Positions 10,154 to 19,045 of a stretch of 64,000 bases of DNA are shown piece by piece. The stretch's first letter is position 1. Every line of letters begins with the position of its first letter. A program made the position numbers and the translations under genes. Location: NCBI GenBank assembly GCA_964619725.1, contig CAZUFC010000024.1:1-64000 (forward strand), read 5' to 3'. Origin of the DNA: an uncultured bacterium (GTDB lineage Bacteria; CSSED10-310; CAZUFC01). The notes under the pieces were generated by a model. The model made no database searches. It was not told the DNA's origin and was given only the letters and a program-made list of their open reading frames with translations.

Positions 10154-11803
10154 TCATTCCCCCTGAGAAGATTCCTGATCATTTAAGTTATTATCTGGAT
10201 TGGCATCGAAATGTCGTTCTTTTTGAAACATTTTATGTTCCGGACCGAAATAGAAACCTTCCCGGCTTTTTTGTAATCGTTCGTCAAGTCTGTGAACTTC
10301 GTCGAAAGATGTCCGTTCATTCCAGATGATGCGGGGTTGAAGGAACAGGACAAGTTCAGAGTTTCTATGGGTCTGTATCGTTCTTCTGAAAAGCGTTCCT
10401 ATCCAGGGCAGGTTGCCCAGGCCCGGAACCAGGGAAACGGCTTCGGTTTTTTTTCTTTTCATGAGTCCGCCGATGACAGCGGCCTGATTATCGGAGACTT
10501 TAATGACGGTAGAGGCTTCCCGGACGTCGATGATGGGGAGCGGTGCAGCATTGGTGGTTCTGCCGGGATCGGTATACCCGACCAGTTCGGAAATGACGGG
10601 GTTGACGAAGAGGATTATTTGACCGGTTTCGCTGATCTGGGGAATGACCTGAACCTGAATGCCTGCCTGGGCGAAAGATATGTCCCAGCCGACGATTTTA
10701 TCGGTTTCGGTGCTGACCACTGCTGAGTAGTATGGAATCTGTTCCGTAACGTTAATATAGGCCGGTTGGTTGTTGAGGACGGCCAGCAGGGGTTTGCTGA
10801 GGATATTCAGTTTGCCCTGGGATCCGAGAGCATCCAGGAGGAGAGTCGCGTGATCGGAAGTTATTGTGAACTGATAGGCGCCGCCTCCTATTCCCAGAGA
10901 TTGAGTCATTCTTCCAGCAGTGTGAGGAGACAGCCAGTCAAGTCCGACATTGGAAAAAGACCAGTCAATGCCCATTTGATACTCATCATCCAATGCCAGC
11001 TCAACGATCAGGGCTTCAATCACGACCTGGCGCTGCACGCTTGACTGAAAGCGTTTTAAAAAGAGCTCCATACTGTCCAGTCTTTCCGGACTGTCTTTCA
11101 ATATAATGATGCCGGATACGGGATTGACCGTCACCAGTCCTCTGTCTGATTTCAACGATTTCAATGTCTCTTCAAGCGAGTCCCAGAAGTCCGTTTCCGT
11201 TCCCTGAGAACCTTGCTGCGAACTGCCGCCGCGACTGAAAGGACTGGAAAAAGAGCCCTGTCCTCCCCCGGCGCCGCTCTGTCCCCCGAATCCCAAACCT
11301 GCAGAAGCAGGATAATTAATCTGGTAGGCTCGCGTACCGGTTTCGGTTATGCGTATAACGTCGTCTTCTATGTCATACGCCAGATCAGCGGTTTTTAAAA
11401 TGCACTTCAACAAGGCGTCCAGGCGGACTTCTTCCATATTCAAACTCAGCGTCCGGTTCTCAATGTCAGCCCCGAATATGACATTCAAACCGCTCTGCGC
11501 TGCAATGCCCTGCAATACGGTCAGCAAATCCGCATCACGGAGCTGCACATTATAAGTTTTATCGCCGTTCGGGATTTCCATTGCAGGCATTGCAAGCCTT
11601 TGAATGCTTATTTCGGGGATTTCCTGCGTGCGCTTTTCCGAATCGTTCTGCGGATGCGAAGGAACAGGACTGGGAAAGGGAGCGTAAAAGCGGTCCTGAT
11701 CCCTTATTTTGCCTGTTTCCAGTTGAGTGACCGTTTTACAGGAAATGCACCATATAATCACAGATAAAACAATAATAATTTTAAATAACTTGTTATTCAA
11801 CAT
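10154..11803 (-). CDS. Secretin (MshL/GspD/PilQ family), lipoprotein type
   Basis: Lipobox IS-C; STN and N domains; secretin core QVVIEALIVEL…MGIDW…LSKPLLAVLNNQPAYI…VIGGLM…VPGLGNLPWIGTLF…ELVLFLQPRI. Confidence 0.92.
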   Translation of the reverse strand: MLNNKLFKIIIVLSVIIWCISCKTVTQLETGKIRDQDRFYAPFPSPVPSHPQNDSEKRTQEIPEISIQRLAMPAMEIPNGDKTYNVQLRDADLLTVLQGIAAQSGLNVIFGADIENRTLSLNMEEVRLDALLKCILKTADLAYDIEDDVIRITETGTRAYQINYPASAGLGFGGQSGAGGGQGSFSSPFSRGGSSQQGSQGTETDFWDSLEETLKSLKSDRGLVTVNPVSGIIILKDSPERLDSMELFLKRFQSSVQRQVVIEALIVELALDDEYQMGIDWSFSNVGLDWLSPHTAGRMTQSLGIGGGAYQFTITSDHATLLLDALGSQGKLNILSKPLLAVLNNQPAYINVTEQIPYYSAVVSTETDKIVGWDISFAQAGIQVQVIPQISETGQIILFVNPVISELVGYTDPGRTTNAAPLPIIDVREASTVIKVSDNQAAVIGGLMKRKKTEAVSLVPGLGNLPWIGTLFRRTIQTHRNSELVLFLQPRIIWNERTSFDEVHRLDERLQKSREGFYFGPEHKMFQKERHFDANPDNNLNDQESSQGE

Positions 11804-11917
11804 GGGGACTGCTCCTGGCGTGTCGGCACGCTTCCGCCGTTTCTTGAAAAGCCGTAAACTGTTATTTGGTTTCCTGTCGATAAATTCATCTTTACGTTCA
11901 TCACTGCGATCCTGAAT

Positions 11918-12472
11918 TCATTCGAATTTCCTGAAGGACAACAATTCCAGCAGACGTTCATCTCCCTTTTTATTCCTCAGCAGCGCCGCATCCTTCGATA
12001 TTTCCGCCACTTCAAACCCATCGATAAATTCTTTCTCATGTACCAGAACCCCGTTAATCACAGCCGATTTTTCAGTACTGCTGATAATTACTCCCTCCAG
12101 GTTGAAATTTTTCTCACTTGCATCGTCCGCAGTTTCCTCTTCATGCCTTTTTTCTTCGGTCATTCTCTTATCGTCGCCCGCAAAGGGATTTTGCAATTCT
12201 TCATCGATTTCCAGGAGTTCCGTTTTTTTCTCCCGTGAAAGGTCTCGAATCAAGGATGTGAGGTCCGACGATTTTGCCGGCGATTCTCCTGTATCGTTCT
12301 GCTGAAGAGATTTAGGCAATCGTATATTTTCGTTCGCGGTACCGCCGGGTATAAGGGATCGGCTCCTGTCCGGGGAACCGGAACCCGAAAATCCGAAATA
12401 GTAAACGTCATAAAGTATCACTAAAGCCAGAAGAAAGAATACGACAGCAATAAATGTCCTGTTTTTCAGCAA
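11918..12472 (-). CDS. MshK/GspB/PilP-like membrane-anchored accessory protein
   Basis: N-terminal TM; NPF motif followed by LEGVIISSTEKSAVINGVLVHEKEFIDGFEVAEI; position immediately before the secretin. Confidence 0.6.
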   Translation of the reverse strand: MLKNRTFIAVVFFLLALVILYDVYYFGFSGSGSPDRSRSLIPGGTANENIRLPKSLQQNDTGESPAKSSDLTSLIRDLSREKKTELLEIDEELQNPFAGDDKRMTEEKRHEEETADDASEKNFNLEGVIISSTEKSAVINGVLVHEKEFIDGFEVAEISKDAALLRNKKGDERLLELLSFRKFE

Positions 12473-12475
12473 AAT

Positions 12476-13063
12476 TCATATCCCCCAGACCGATTTTCTG
12501 GAATAAATTTTAACTTTCATCTCTATCCCCATCATATCGCCGGTCCTGTGTATCGTTAAATCGTTTATCTCCACTATTCGCTCAAAAGCCGTTAAATTAT
12601 TTAAAAAAGTAAAAAATGGCTTCACTTCAGATTTAAAACGCAACTGAACCGGTATTTCATGGACCGCTCCTACCGCTCCCGTATCAAGCCGGCTGCCCCC
12701 CGATAACGACTCGGCCGGTCTATCCCTTTCAATTACATAATTGAATTCTTTCAATCCTGTTTCATAAGCCGCATCCGCCAGTTCTGAAAGGAATCCTGAA
12801 ACATCGCCTCCGAAAGGAACACGTTTGTCGATCAGTTCCGTAACTCCCTCCAGGGAGTCCCTCTGAGCCTGAGTCAAAGTTTTATATGTCGAGCTTATTT
12901 CCAGGTCACGATTGATTCTTTCCTGTATATCTTGGGAAAGGTTTTTCCAATGTTCTATACTTCGTAGAGTCGGCAGGTAGGAAAATATAAGAAAAAAAGC
13001 GCCGATAACGGCCAATGCCGCCATAAAAACGGCCGGCCTTTTCCATTGCGACGGCTTTTCCAT
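12476..13063 (-). CDS. PilO/MshJ/GspM-like alignment protein
   Basis: Single TM, coiled coil, C-terminal ferredoxin-like region (IPVQLRF…FFTFLNNLTAFERIVEINDLTI); operon context. Confidence 0.75.
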   Translation of the reverse strand: MEKPSQWKRPAVFMAALAVIGAFFLIFSYLPTLRSIEHWKNLSQDIQERINRDLEISSTYKTLTQAQRDSLEGVTELIDKRVPFGGDVSGFLSELADAAYETGLKEFNYVIERDRPAESLSGGSRLDTGAVGAVHEIPVQLRFKSEVKPFFTFLNNLTAFERIVEINDLTIHRTGDMMGIEMKVKIYSRKSVWGI

Positions 13064-14631
13064 TAACTGTTCCTCAAAGCGCTGTCCTGTGTCCGGGTTT
13101 GGTTGATGTCAGCCAGAAGGCTTTCGATGCTGAAATGCAACTGAACGGGCATTTTTTGTTTTAAATCATCTGAAGAGGGCCGTTTTTTTCGCGTTCCGGC
13201 CGATTTTCTGTCTGTATTGACTTCGAGCTGTTTGATGTCAACAAGTGTGAAACGTCCCGAATCTTCAACTTTCTGATGAAATTCATTAAACCGTGATTGG
13301 GCTGCGGATGCATCAGGAGCGTAAATGTTTCCTTCGAGCAAAGCCGCCCAGCCGTTTTTTTGTTTTCTTATTTCCAGCTTGTCGAATTCCGAGCCGTCAG
13401 GGGCTTGTGCGAAAAAGACGTACAAGGCTGGTCTCAGATCGATTTCATTTTCCGACAGTCTGAGTATCTCTTCGATCTGGCGCTGATATTTTTGAATTTT
13501 TCTAACAGAACCGAGGTTTTTATCGATAGTGTCCTCGATACGCTGCAATGTTTTCTGTTGCTGTTCGCAGGAAGCTCGATAGGAGTGTTCCGCGTGTTTC
13601 AGGGCTGTCGAACCTGCGAAAAGCGCGATAAGAAAAAGAAGGGAAACGGCGATGTAGAAGGCTCTTCTTTTGCCCGTGTTTTTTGCTTCATAGTATTCAT
13701 AGGGGATAAGGTTCAGGGCTTTTTTTTGAGGTTCGAGGGCGGGGAGAATTACAGGATCGGCGATAGACCTTCGTTCTTCATTCGGTCCCAGGACTGTTTC
13801 ATCAAGGTAAAGGGGCGTTGCGGAATCGACATCCAGGGATTGACCGAAAACGTCCGCCATCTGGTATTCGTCGGCATATATACCTGCCAGGTAAACATGA
13901 GAAACGGTTTCCCCCGGCATTTTTTTTGCGTAGTATTGGAATGTGCGTTCCGTTTCAGCAATAACCTGTTTCAGCGCCTTCTGTTCAGCGTTATCTTTGG
14001 AGAAAGTTTCCATGCCGATAGGAATTTCTCTATGAAAAGAAAAGAGGGCGCCCTGAAAGATCATAACGTCCGTATGACGTGCAGCGGGGGCAATCACAGC
14101 GGACAACGCCGGCTGCTGAGACGTCCGGGACGACAGATAATCTCCGGTTGCCGCCGGCGCCGTGGTCATCCTGACAGGCGATATCCCGGCTGCGGTCAGC
14201 GTTTCCAGCCACAGACGCATCAATTCTACGGGATAGGTGGCCCATAGAATTTTCATGCGCTGCAATCCTTTCTCCCTGACCATGCCGACAACCTGGTAAT
14301 CCGAAACAAGAGGCTGATTCATGCGCTGTTCTTTCCGCAACCTTTCCCGGTGAAACACATGACGCAATTCCTTGTCGGCCATCGGCGGCACAGTCATAAC
14401 TTCATGTTCAAGCTCATTGCCGGACAACAGAATCAACGCCGCAGTTCCTGAACATCCGCAATCCTCAATAAAATCGACTATCCTGGCTTTAAAGGAAGGA
14501 TCGTTCGATTCGCCCGTTTCCAGCTCCATGCTGCGATCGATCAATACGTCTATCGCCCTGGAGCTCCTCTTTACGGAAAGCAGCCGAATGACATTATGCG
14601 AAATATGGAAAACCGAAAATGACTTTTTCAT
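13063..14631 (-). CDS. PilM-PilN-like fusion (MshI/GspL-type)
   Basis: Cytoplasmic actin-like PilM region (…FHREIPIG…IAETERTFQYY…VYLAG), conserved LNLIP motif, TM, periplasmic PilN-like domain. Confidence 0.75.
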   Translation of the reverse strand: MKKSFSVFHISHNVIRLLSVKRSSRAIDVLIDRSMELETGESNDPSFKARIVDFIEDCGCSGTAALILLSGNELEHEVMTVPPMADKELRHVFHRERLRKEQRMNQPLVSDYQVVGMVREKGLQRMKILWATYPVELMRLWLETLTAAGISPVRMTTAPAATGDYLSSRTSQQPALSAVIAPAARHTDVMIFQGALFSFHREIPIGMETFSKDNAEQKALKQVIAETERTFQYYAKKMPGETVSHVYLAGIYADEYQMADVFGQSLDVDSATPLYLDETVLGPNEERRSIADPVILPALEPQKKALNLIPYEYYEAKNTGKRRAFYIAVSLLFLIALFAGSTALKHAEHSYRASCEQQQKTLQRIEDTIDKNLGSVRKIQKYQRQIEEILRLSENEIDLRPALYVFFAQAPDGSEFDKLEIRKQKNGWAALLEGNIYAPDASAAQSRFNEFHQKVEDSGRFTLVDIKQLEVNTDRKSAGTRKKRPSSDDLKQKMPVQLHFSIESLLADINQTRTQDSALRNS

Positions 14632-14660
14632 CTAACTCGTTAAGATTTTCTTTTGCCCGG

Positions 14661-15680
14661 TTATTTCCAGATGTCGTCTCCGGACCAGGATGGCGGATAA
14701 CTCTCATCTACGCCGTTCGGACCCCAACTGTATATATAGAACCTGTTTTTGTAAACCTCATAATCGAACGGCGTCCCCCAGGAATCGCCGCTCAATATCA
14801 ATTGATGATTGACGTAAGGTCCTTGCCAGCCGTCCAAACCCGGATCGTCCACCAGCTCATCCAGATTCAGCGGTGTCTGCTTCGTGTCCTCTATGAAACT
14901 CTGTACAGCGCCGATCAGGTTCCGGCAACGCTCGCTCGTCGCCTTTACCTCTTCAGTCAGTCTTGTCTTGTAACTCACATAAAAAACGTTCCCCCGGGAA
15001 TCGATCAGCTCGCAACTGAAAGCATCATACTCCGGTTCATAACGATAACGGACGGCGCTTCCCCAGGCGTCGACAGCTATCTCTTCCTCGCTTACGCCGC
15101 TTATATAGGGCCCGTTCCACCATTCGTTCCCGTTCACGTTCTCCAGAAGCATCGACAAGGCGTCCCTCGTTCCCCGGGAAGAGACAGGAAATGTATGCAT
15201 ATCCGAATAATAATTCATTAAAGCCCTGGACACTGCCTCCATCTTCTCACGGTTGGCGTTCTCCTTCCGGTAAGTTTTGGACGGCGGCGCCACTATCGTA
15301 TAAACTATGTCCGTATCATAACTGCCCTGGTTGTCCGTTTCATCGCGTCCCCAACTGTAAAGAGTCAAAGTGTCCGAATCATAATCATAAGGATTGATCC
15401 AGGAATCCTCCTTGTAATCGTTCTCGTAAAATCCCCGGCTCATGTATGGAGGTTCGGATTCCACAAGAGCGTCAAGACTCTCCGGCCAATCCCCTTCTAT
15501 TTCATAATAACTCTCTATCGCTGAAATTATGTTCTCCATCTCCTCCTTGGTCGCGTTTTCCTTCTGAGTCGACCGCAGCAGGTCGACCAACGGCAGCGAA
15601 AGCGTCGCCAGCAGAGCCATAATGCCCATAACCACTATAATCTCTATGAACGTAAAGCCTCTTATTCTATATTCTCTCAT
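14661..15680 (-). CDS. Prepilin-type protein carrying three tandem GspG-like (T2SSG) domains
   Basis: Class III signal G|FTFIEIIVVMGIMALL; three repeats of (W-x-G)P-Y…D-x-W-(G)-x-P/A-x-x-Y. Start set at MREYRIRG (alternative 15710). Confidence 0.85.
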   Translation of the reverse strand: MREYRIRGFTFIEIIVVMGIMALLATLSLPLVDLLRSTQKENATKEEMENIISAIESYYEIEGDWPESLDALVESEPPYMSRGFYENDYKEDSWINPYDYDSDTLTLYSWGRDETDNQGSYDTDIVYTIVAPPSKTYRKENANREKMEAVSRALMNYYSDMHTFPVSSRGTRDALSMLLENVNGNEWWNGPYISGVSEEEIAVDAWGSAVRYRYEPEYDAFSCELIDSRGNVFYVSYKTRLTEEVKATSERCRNLIGAVQSFIEDTKQTPLNLDELVDDPGLDGWQGPYVNHQLILSGDSWGTPFDYEVYKNRFYIYSWGPNGVDESYPPSWSGDDIWK

Positions 15681-15738
15681 ATCTTTAACCTCCCTTACTT
15701 CTTGTATCATAATTACAGAAAAAAGAAAATCTCTAATC

Positions 15739-15793
15739 AGTGACCGTCCACAAACTCGATTCTCGATTCAAAATTTAATGCTGGACAGTCACT
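15739..15793. mobile_element. 55-bp MITE-like element (TIR AGTGAC(C/T)GTCCA)
   Basis: AGTGACCGTCCA…TGGACAGTCACT inverted repeat (1 mismatch); direct repeat CTAATCAG at 15733-15740 and 15792-15799. Confidence 0.6.
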
Positions 15794-15920
15794 AATCAGC
15801 GCTCTGTTTTCCTTATTTTTAGCCGGCATCCCCGTCGAATTTACTTTTGTTTTTTTACGCAATCCCGTATGATGCTCGATAAGGAGGATTTTTGACAACC
15901 AATCAACAGGAGAAGCGAAT

Positions 15921-16589
15921 ATGAAAAAATGGAGTATAATTTCAGGAGCAACGGCGATAATTCTGATTTTCGTTTCAGCGAACGCCGGAGCGATGGGTCT
16001 GGGTTTCGTGCTGCAGCATGAATCAGGTGAAATAGATATCGAGGAAGACAGCTACGAATGGGTTGAATACTTTGATGAAAAATTTGATGCGAAAAGAAAT
16101 CTGCTCGGTTTTACTCTTCAATCCTCCCCCATCGGAAGGGATATCTTCAATTACAAATTTGATCTCGGATTGGAGAGCGTCGTTCTGGACCCCGGTTATC
16201 AGTCGTGGGATTATGAGGGTTACGGACTCTCCATGAAGCATGCATTCGGTTTCGGCGTCGCCCGCACGCCCGCTTTTAAATTCTGGATCGGCCCGGCCAT
16301 GAGGCTATATTACGATTACCTGGAGAACGAGGATTACTACTGGTACGATGAAGGCGATTATAAAATGTGGCTGTTCGGATGGGGCTTAGGGCCAGAGCTG
16401 GGGTTCAATGTGCGCGCCGGCGGTTTCATGGTTCTCTCTTTCTCCGGGGGATTCAGTTATAACTACATTGTCAGCGCCGGCGATTATGATGAATACGACG
16501 ATTATTATGATTGGGAGGATGAAAGCTGGTGGGGCATCGAAACGATGGGTTATCTGGAGTTTTCCATGCTCTTTCTAACCGGTCCGTGA
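15921..16589 (+). CDS. Putative outer-membrane beta-barrel protein
   Basis: Signal peptide (ANA-GA), alternating hydrophobic beta-strand pattern, aromatic/acidic loops, AGGAG RBS. Confidence 0.65.
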   Translation: MKKWSIISGATAIILIFVSANAGAMGLGFVLQHESGEIDIEEDSYEWVEYFDEKFDAKRNLLGFTLQSSPIGRDIFNYKFDLGLESVVLDPGYQSWDYEGYGLSMKHAFGFGVARTPAFKFWIGPAMRLYYDYLENEDYYWYDEGDYKMWLFGWGLGPELGFNVRAGGFMVLSFSGGFSYNYIVSAGDYDEYDDYYDWEDESWWGIETMGYLEFSMLFLTGP

Positions 16590-17966
16590 TCCTCCCGCGT
16601 GAAAAGTGCGAAATTTGAGCGTTCCCTGTAACGGTCTGTCGTTCAGGGTCAGCAGGCTGTCGGGATAAGCTGTGAAAGGATCGAACCACAAGGTGTTGGA
16701 CGCGCCGGGAAGACCGTCGGGCGAGAATATCATCAGTTCGTAAATACGATTCTTTGATTTTTCTATTTTCTGGAAATTGAAGGAGAAATAGGCGTTATCC
16801 CTGATCTGGTCTCCAGGAATCTCTATTTCGCGCACCGTTTTTTCACCATCGCATGAGTTCAGCCGGAATTGCAGTTTCTGGCGGTTGGTTCTCATGTAGG
16901 TTGCCGTAAAGAGGTCTATGCGGCATAAACCGTCCAGGGGAGATTTGAATTTCTGTTTGACGGCGACCTCACGCGTAATTTCTCCTGTAACATCGGCGCC
17001 TATGTCCTGGTTTATGCCCAATTTTAATCCCTGTCCTGCTGTTCCTTCAATGATAAGCTGAAACATTTCCGCATCGCTTCGACGTCTCAGGCGTTGAACG
17101 GCAGCTCTTTTCTTCAGTATGCGCGGCAGGTGAAACATGTTGTACCGGAATGCTTTTCTAACATGAGGCGCTGCATTGGTCCAGAATATTTTCAGCAGGC
17201 GTCGCCGGTTCTGTTTAAGGGTCGTGAGTTCGTAATTTTTCAGAACGGTCTGAAGCGCGTATCTCATTCCGAGAGAGTCGCGCCATTCCGAGTTTGTGTT
17301 GAAGTTTCCACGCCGATGGCGCACCAGCGATGACGGGATATGGAGAACTTTGTATCCCGCAATCCATGCCCTCAAACCCAGGTCTACGTCCTCGTTGTAA
17401 AACCAGTAATCCGCGTCCAATCCGCCTATTTTCCTGTAATGTTCAGAGCGCATTAAGAGCGATGCTCCGCACGCATAGGCGGAATGGAAAGGGGCGGAAG
17501 CTTCGGATTCCCGGAAGGGGCGGTCCGCATATCCGCCGGCCGCTGTCAATGGATCGAACTGAGCGCCGTCGTTTTCGATCAGTGTGCCGTCCCAGGTGAG
17601 TATCCGGCTGCCGCAGACAGCCGCATCAGGATTCGATCCCGCTGCATGAAGCAGGTTCTCCAGCCAGCCGGGTTCCGTCTTCGTATCGTTGTTCAGCAAT
17701 ACGAAATATTGCGCTCCTTCGGATACAGCCTTCTCTATGCCGATGTTATTACCGCGGGCGAATCCCAGATTCCTGCGGCTTTCAATAAGCATGATGCGGT
17801 CTTTCCAGCTTTTCAGATAATCAATGCTCCCGTCGACGGAAGCGTTGTCCACGACTAGAACGACGAAATCGGAAACATCCTGACGGAAAAGCGATTCAAG
17901 ACAGTCAGGCAGACAATCCTCACCGTTGTAATTCAATATAATCACCCATGTTCGTAACGATTTCAT
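16575..17966 (-). CDS. Glycosyltransferase family 2 (rhamnosyltransferase-like) with extra C-terminal beta domain
   Basis: VIILNYNG…VVDNASVDGS…NLGFARGNN…LLNND…EDVDLGLR motifs. Start set at MKSLRT because the longer ORF overlaps the tRNA. Confidence 0.88.
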   Translation of the reverse strand: MKSLRTWVIILNYNGEDCLPDCLESLFRQDVSDFVVLVVDNASVDGSIDYLKSWKDRIMLIESRRNLGFARGNNIGIEKAVSEGAQYFVLLNNDTKTEPGWLENLLHAAGSNPDAAVCGSRILTWDGTLIENDGAQFDPLTAAGGYADRPFRESEASAPFHSAYACGASLLMRSEHYRKIGGLDADYWFYNEDVDLGLRAWIAGYKVLHIPSSLVRHRRGNFNTNSEWRDSLGMRYALQTVLKNYELTTLKQNRRRLLKIFWTNAAPHVRKAFRYNMFHLPRILKKRAAVQRLRRRSDAEMFQLIIEGTAGQGLKLGINQDIGADVTGEITREVAVKQKFKSPLDGLCRIDLFTATYMRTNRQKLQFRLNSCDGEKTVREIEIPGDQIRDNAYFSFNFQKIEKSKNRIYELMIFSPDGLPGASNTLWFDPFTAYPDSLLTLNDRPLQGTLKFRTFHAGGSRTG

Positions 17967-18125
17967 AGTTAACGGCCGGATTGAAAAGACGCTTCCTTTC
18001 TCCCGCAAAGAAACGATATTCTTCATTTTTTGGTATGTCAATGCAGCATTTCCTGCTTTACAACACTGCCGGAAAGGAAACGCCAAGCGGATTCCTGAAA
18101 AGTGCAATTTCACACGGATAGGGTA

Positions 18126-18154
18126 TTGACAAATGAATTCGACTGTTGGAGAAT
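18126..18154 (+). promoter_or_regulatory. Putative sigma70 promoter of tRNA-Leu
   Basis: TTGACA, 17-bp spacer, GAGAAT, ending 9 nt before the tRNA. Confidence 0.5.
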
Positions 18155-18163
18155 AGGATTCGG

Positions 18164-18248
18164 GCCGGAGTGGCGGAACTGGCAGACGCGCGGGACTCAA
18201 AATCCCGTGGTCCTTTGGGCTGTGTGGGTTCGATTCCCACCTCCGGCA
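18164..18248 (+). tRNA. tRNA-Leu (anticodon CAA)
   Basis: Acceptor stem GCCGGAG/CTCCGGC; D-arm GGCGGAACTGGCAGACGC; anticodon stem CGGGA-CTCAAAA-TCCCG; long variable arm; T-loop GGTTCGATTCC; CCA not encoded. Confidence 0.97.
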
Positions 18249-18474
18249 TTTTTTTTTACTTAAAAAACTGCAGCCAAGAACAGGCCGCCCCTGTTCTCAA
18301 TATGAAGCGAGTAATGACGATGAAGTTCTGCAAGATTGCGTGGGCGGTTCCGGTTATGAAATGCATCTTTTCAACCATCCGATTTTTGCCCCATCCATCC
18401 CTTCCCTATTTTCAACCAGACGGGATGAAATGCCTTCATGGAAGGGGACTCCAGTAATTTTTAGCGCCGATTGA

Positions 18475-18978
18475 ATGAAGCGGTTAAAATATCTTGTTCT
18501 TTGGGTATCGGTCATTTATGCGGCGCCTTGCATTATCCGTGTAAAAGCGGCGGATGATGCCGTTCCTCTGACGTCTCAAACTAAATCCGTACTTTTCCCT
18601 GGTTGGGGACAAATTTCCGAAGGCCATACATTAAAGGGTTTGACATTCATGACCTGTGAACTGGTTTCTATCGGACTGGCCATTCATTACGGCATGGAGG
18701 GCAGCGATTATTACGACCGTTACCGGAGAACGGACGATCCGAATGATGCTGAGCGTTTCCGGAACCTGACCGTTTTAAACGATAAAAGGAGGAACGCCGC
18801 CGTATTGTGCGGCATAGCCGTCTGGGGGCTGAATCTTCTGGACATCAACCTCGGAAAGCCGAAACCGGCAAGCTTTTCCGTTCAATCAACGGGAAGAGCT
18901 TTTCGATTAGATTCTTTTTCGGCGCTGCCCCATCCTTCGGGTATATTTTTTTCTTTGTCCTTCAGTTTAGAGATTTAG
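18475..18978 (+). CDS. Hypothetical membrane/exported protein (DUF5683-like)
   Basis: SVLFPGWGQ motif followed by hydrophobic helices and VWGLNLLD. Confidence 0.6.
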   Translation: MKRLKYLVLWVSVIYAAPCIIRVKAADDAVPLTSQTKSVLFPGWGQISEGHTLKGLTFMTCELVSIGLAIHYGMEGSDYYDRYRRTDDPNDAERFRNLTVLNDKRRNAAVLCGIAVWGLNLLDINLGKPKPASFSVQSTGRAFRLDSFSALPHPSGIFFSLSFSLEI

Positions 18979-19045
18979 GTTTATTTTATTCCTCTCTGAT
19001 GATATAAGGGAATGACAAAATATTTTTCGACTTGCGAGGACGCTG

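Noticed and set aside
18164-18248. tRNA-Leu as integration site of a genomic island
   Set aside because: No integrase in the window and no duplicated tRNA 3' end was seen.
17967-18457. Upstream extension of the GT2 ORF to 18200 and the ORFs at 18058-18249 and 18146-18457
   Set aside because: They overlap the tRNA gene and its promoter; GT2 homology begins at MKSLRT.
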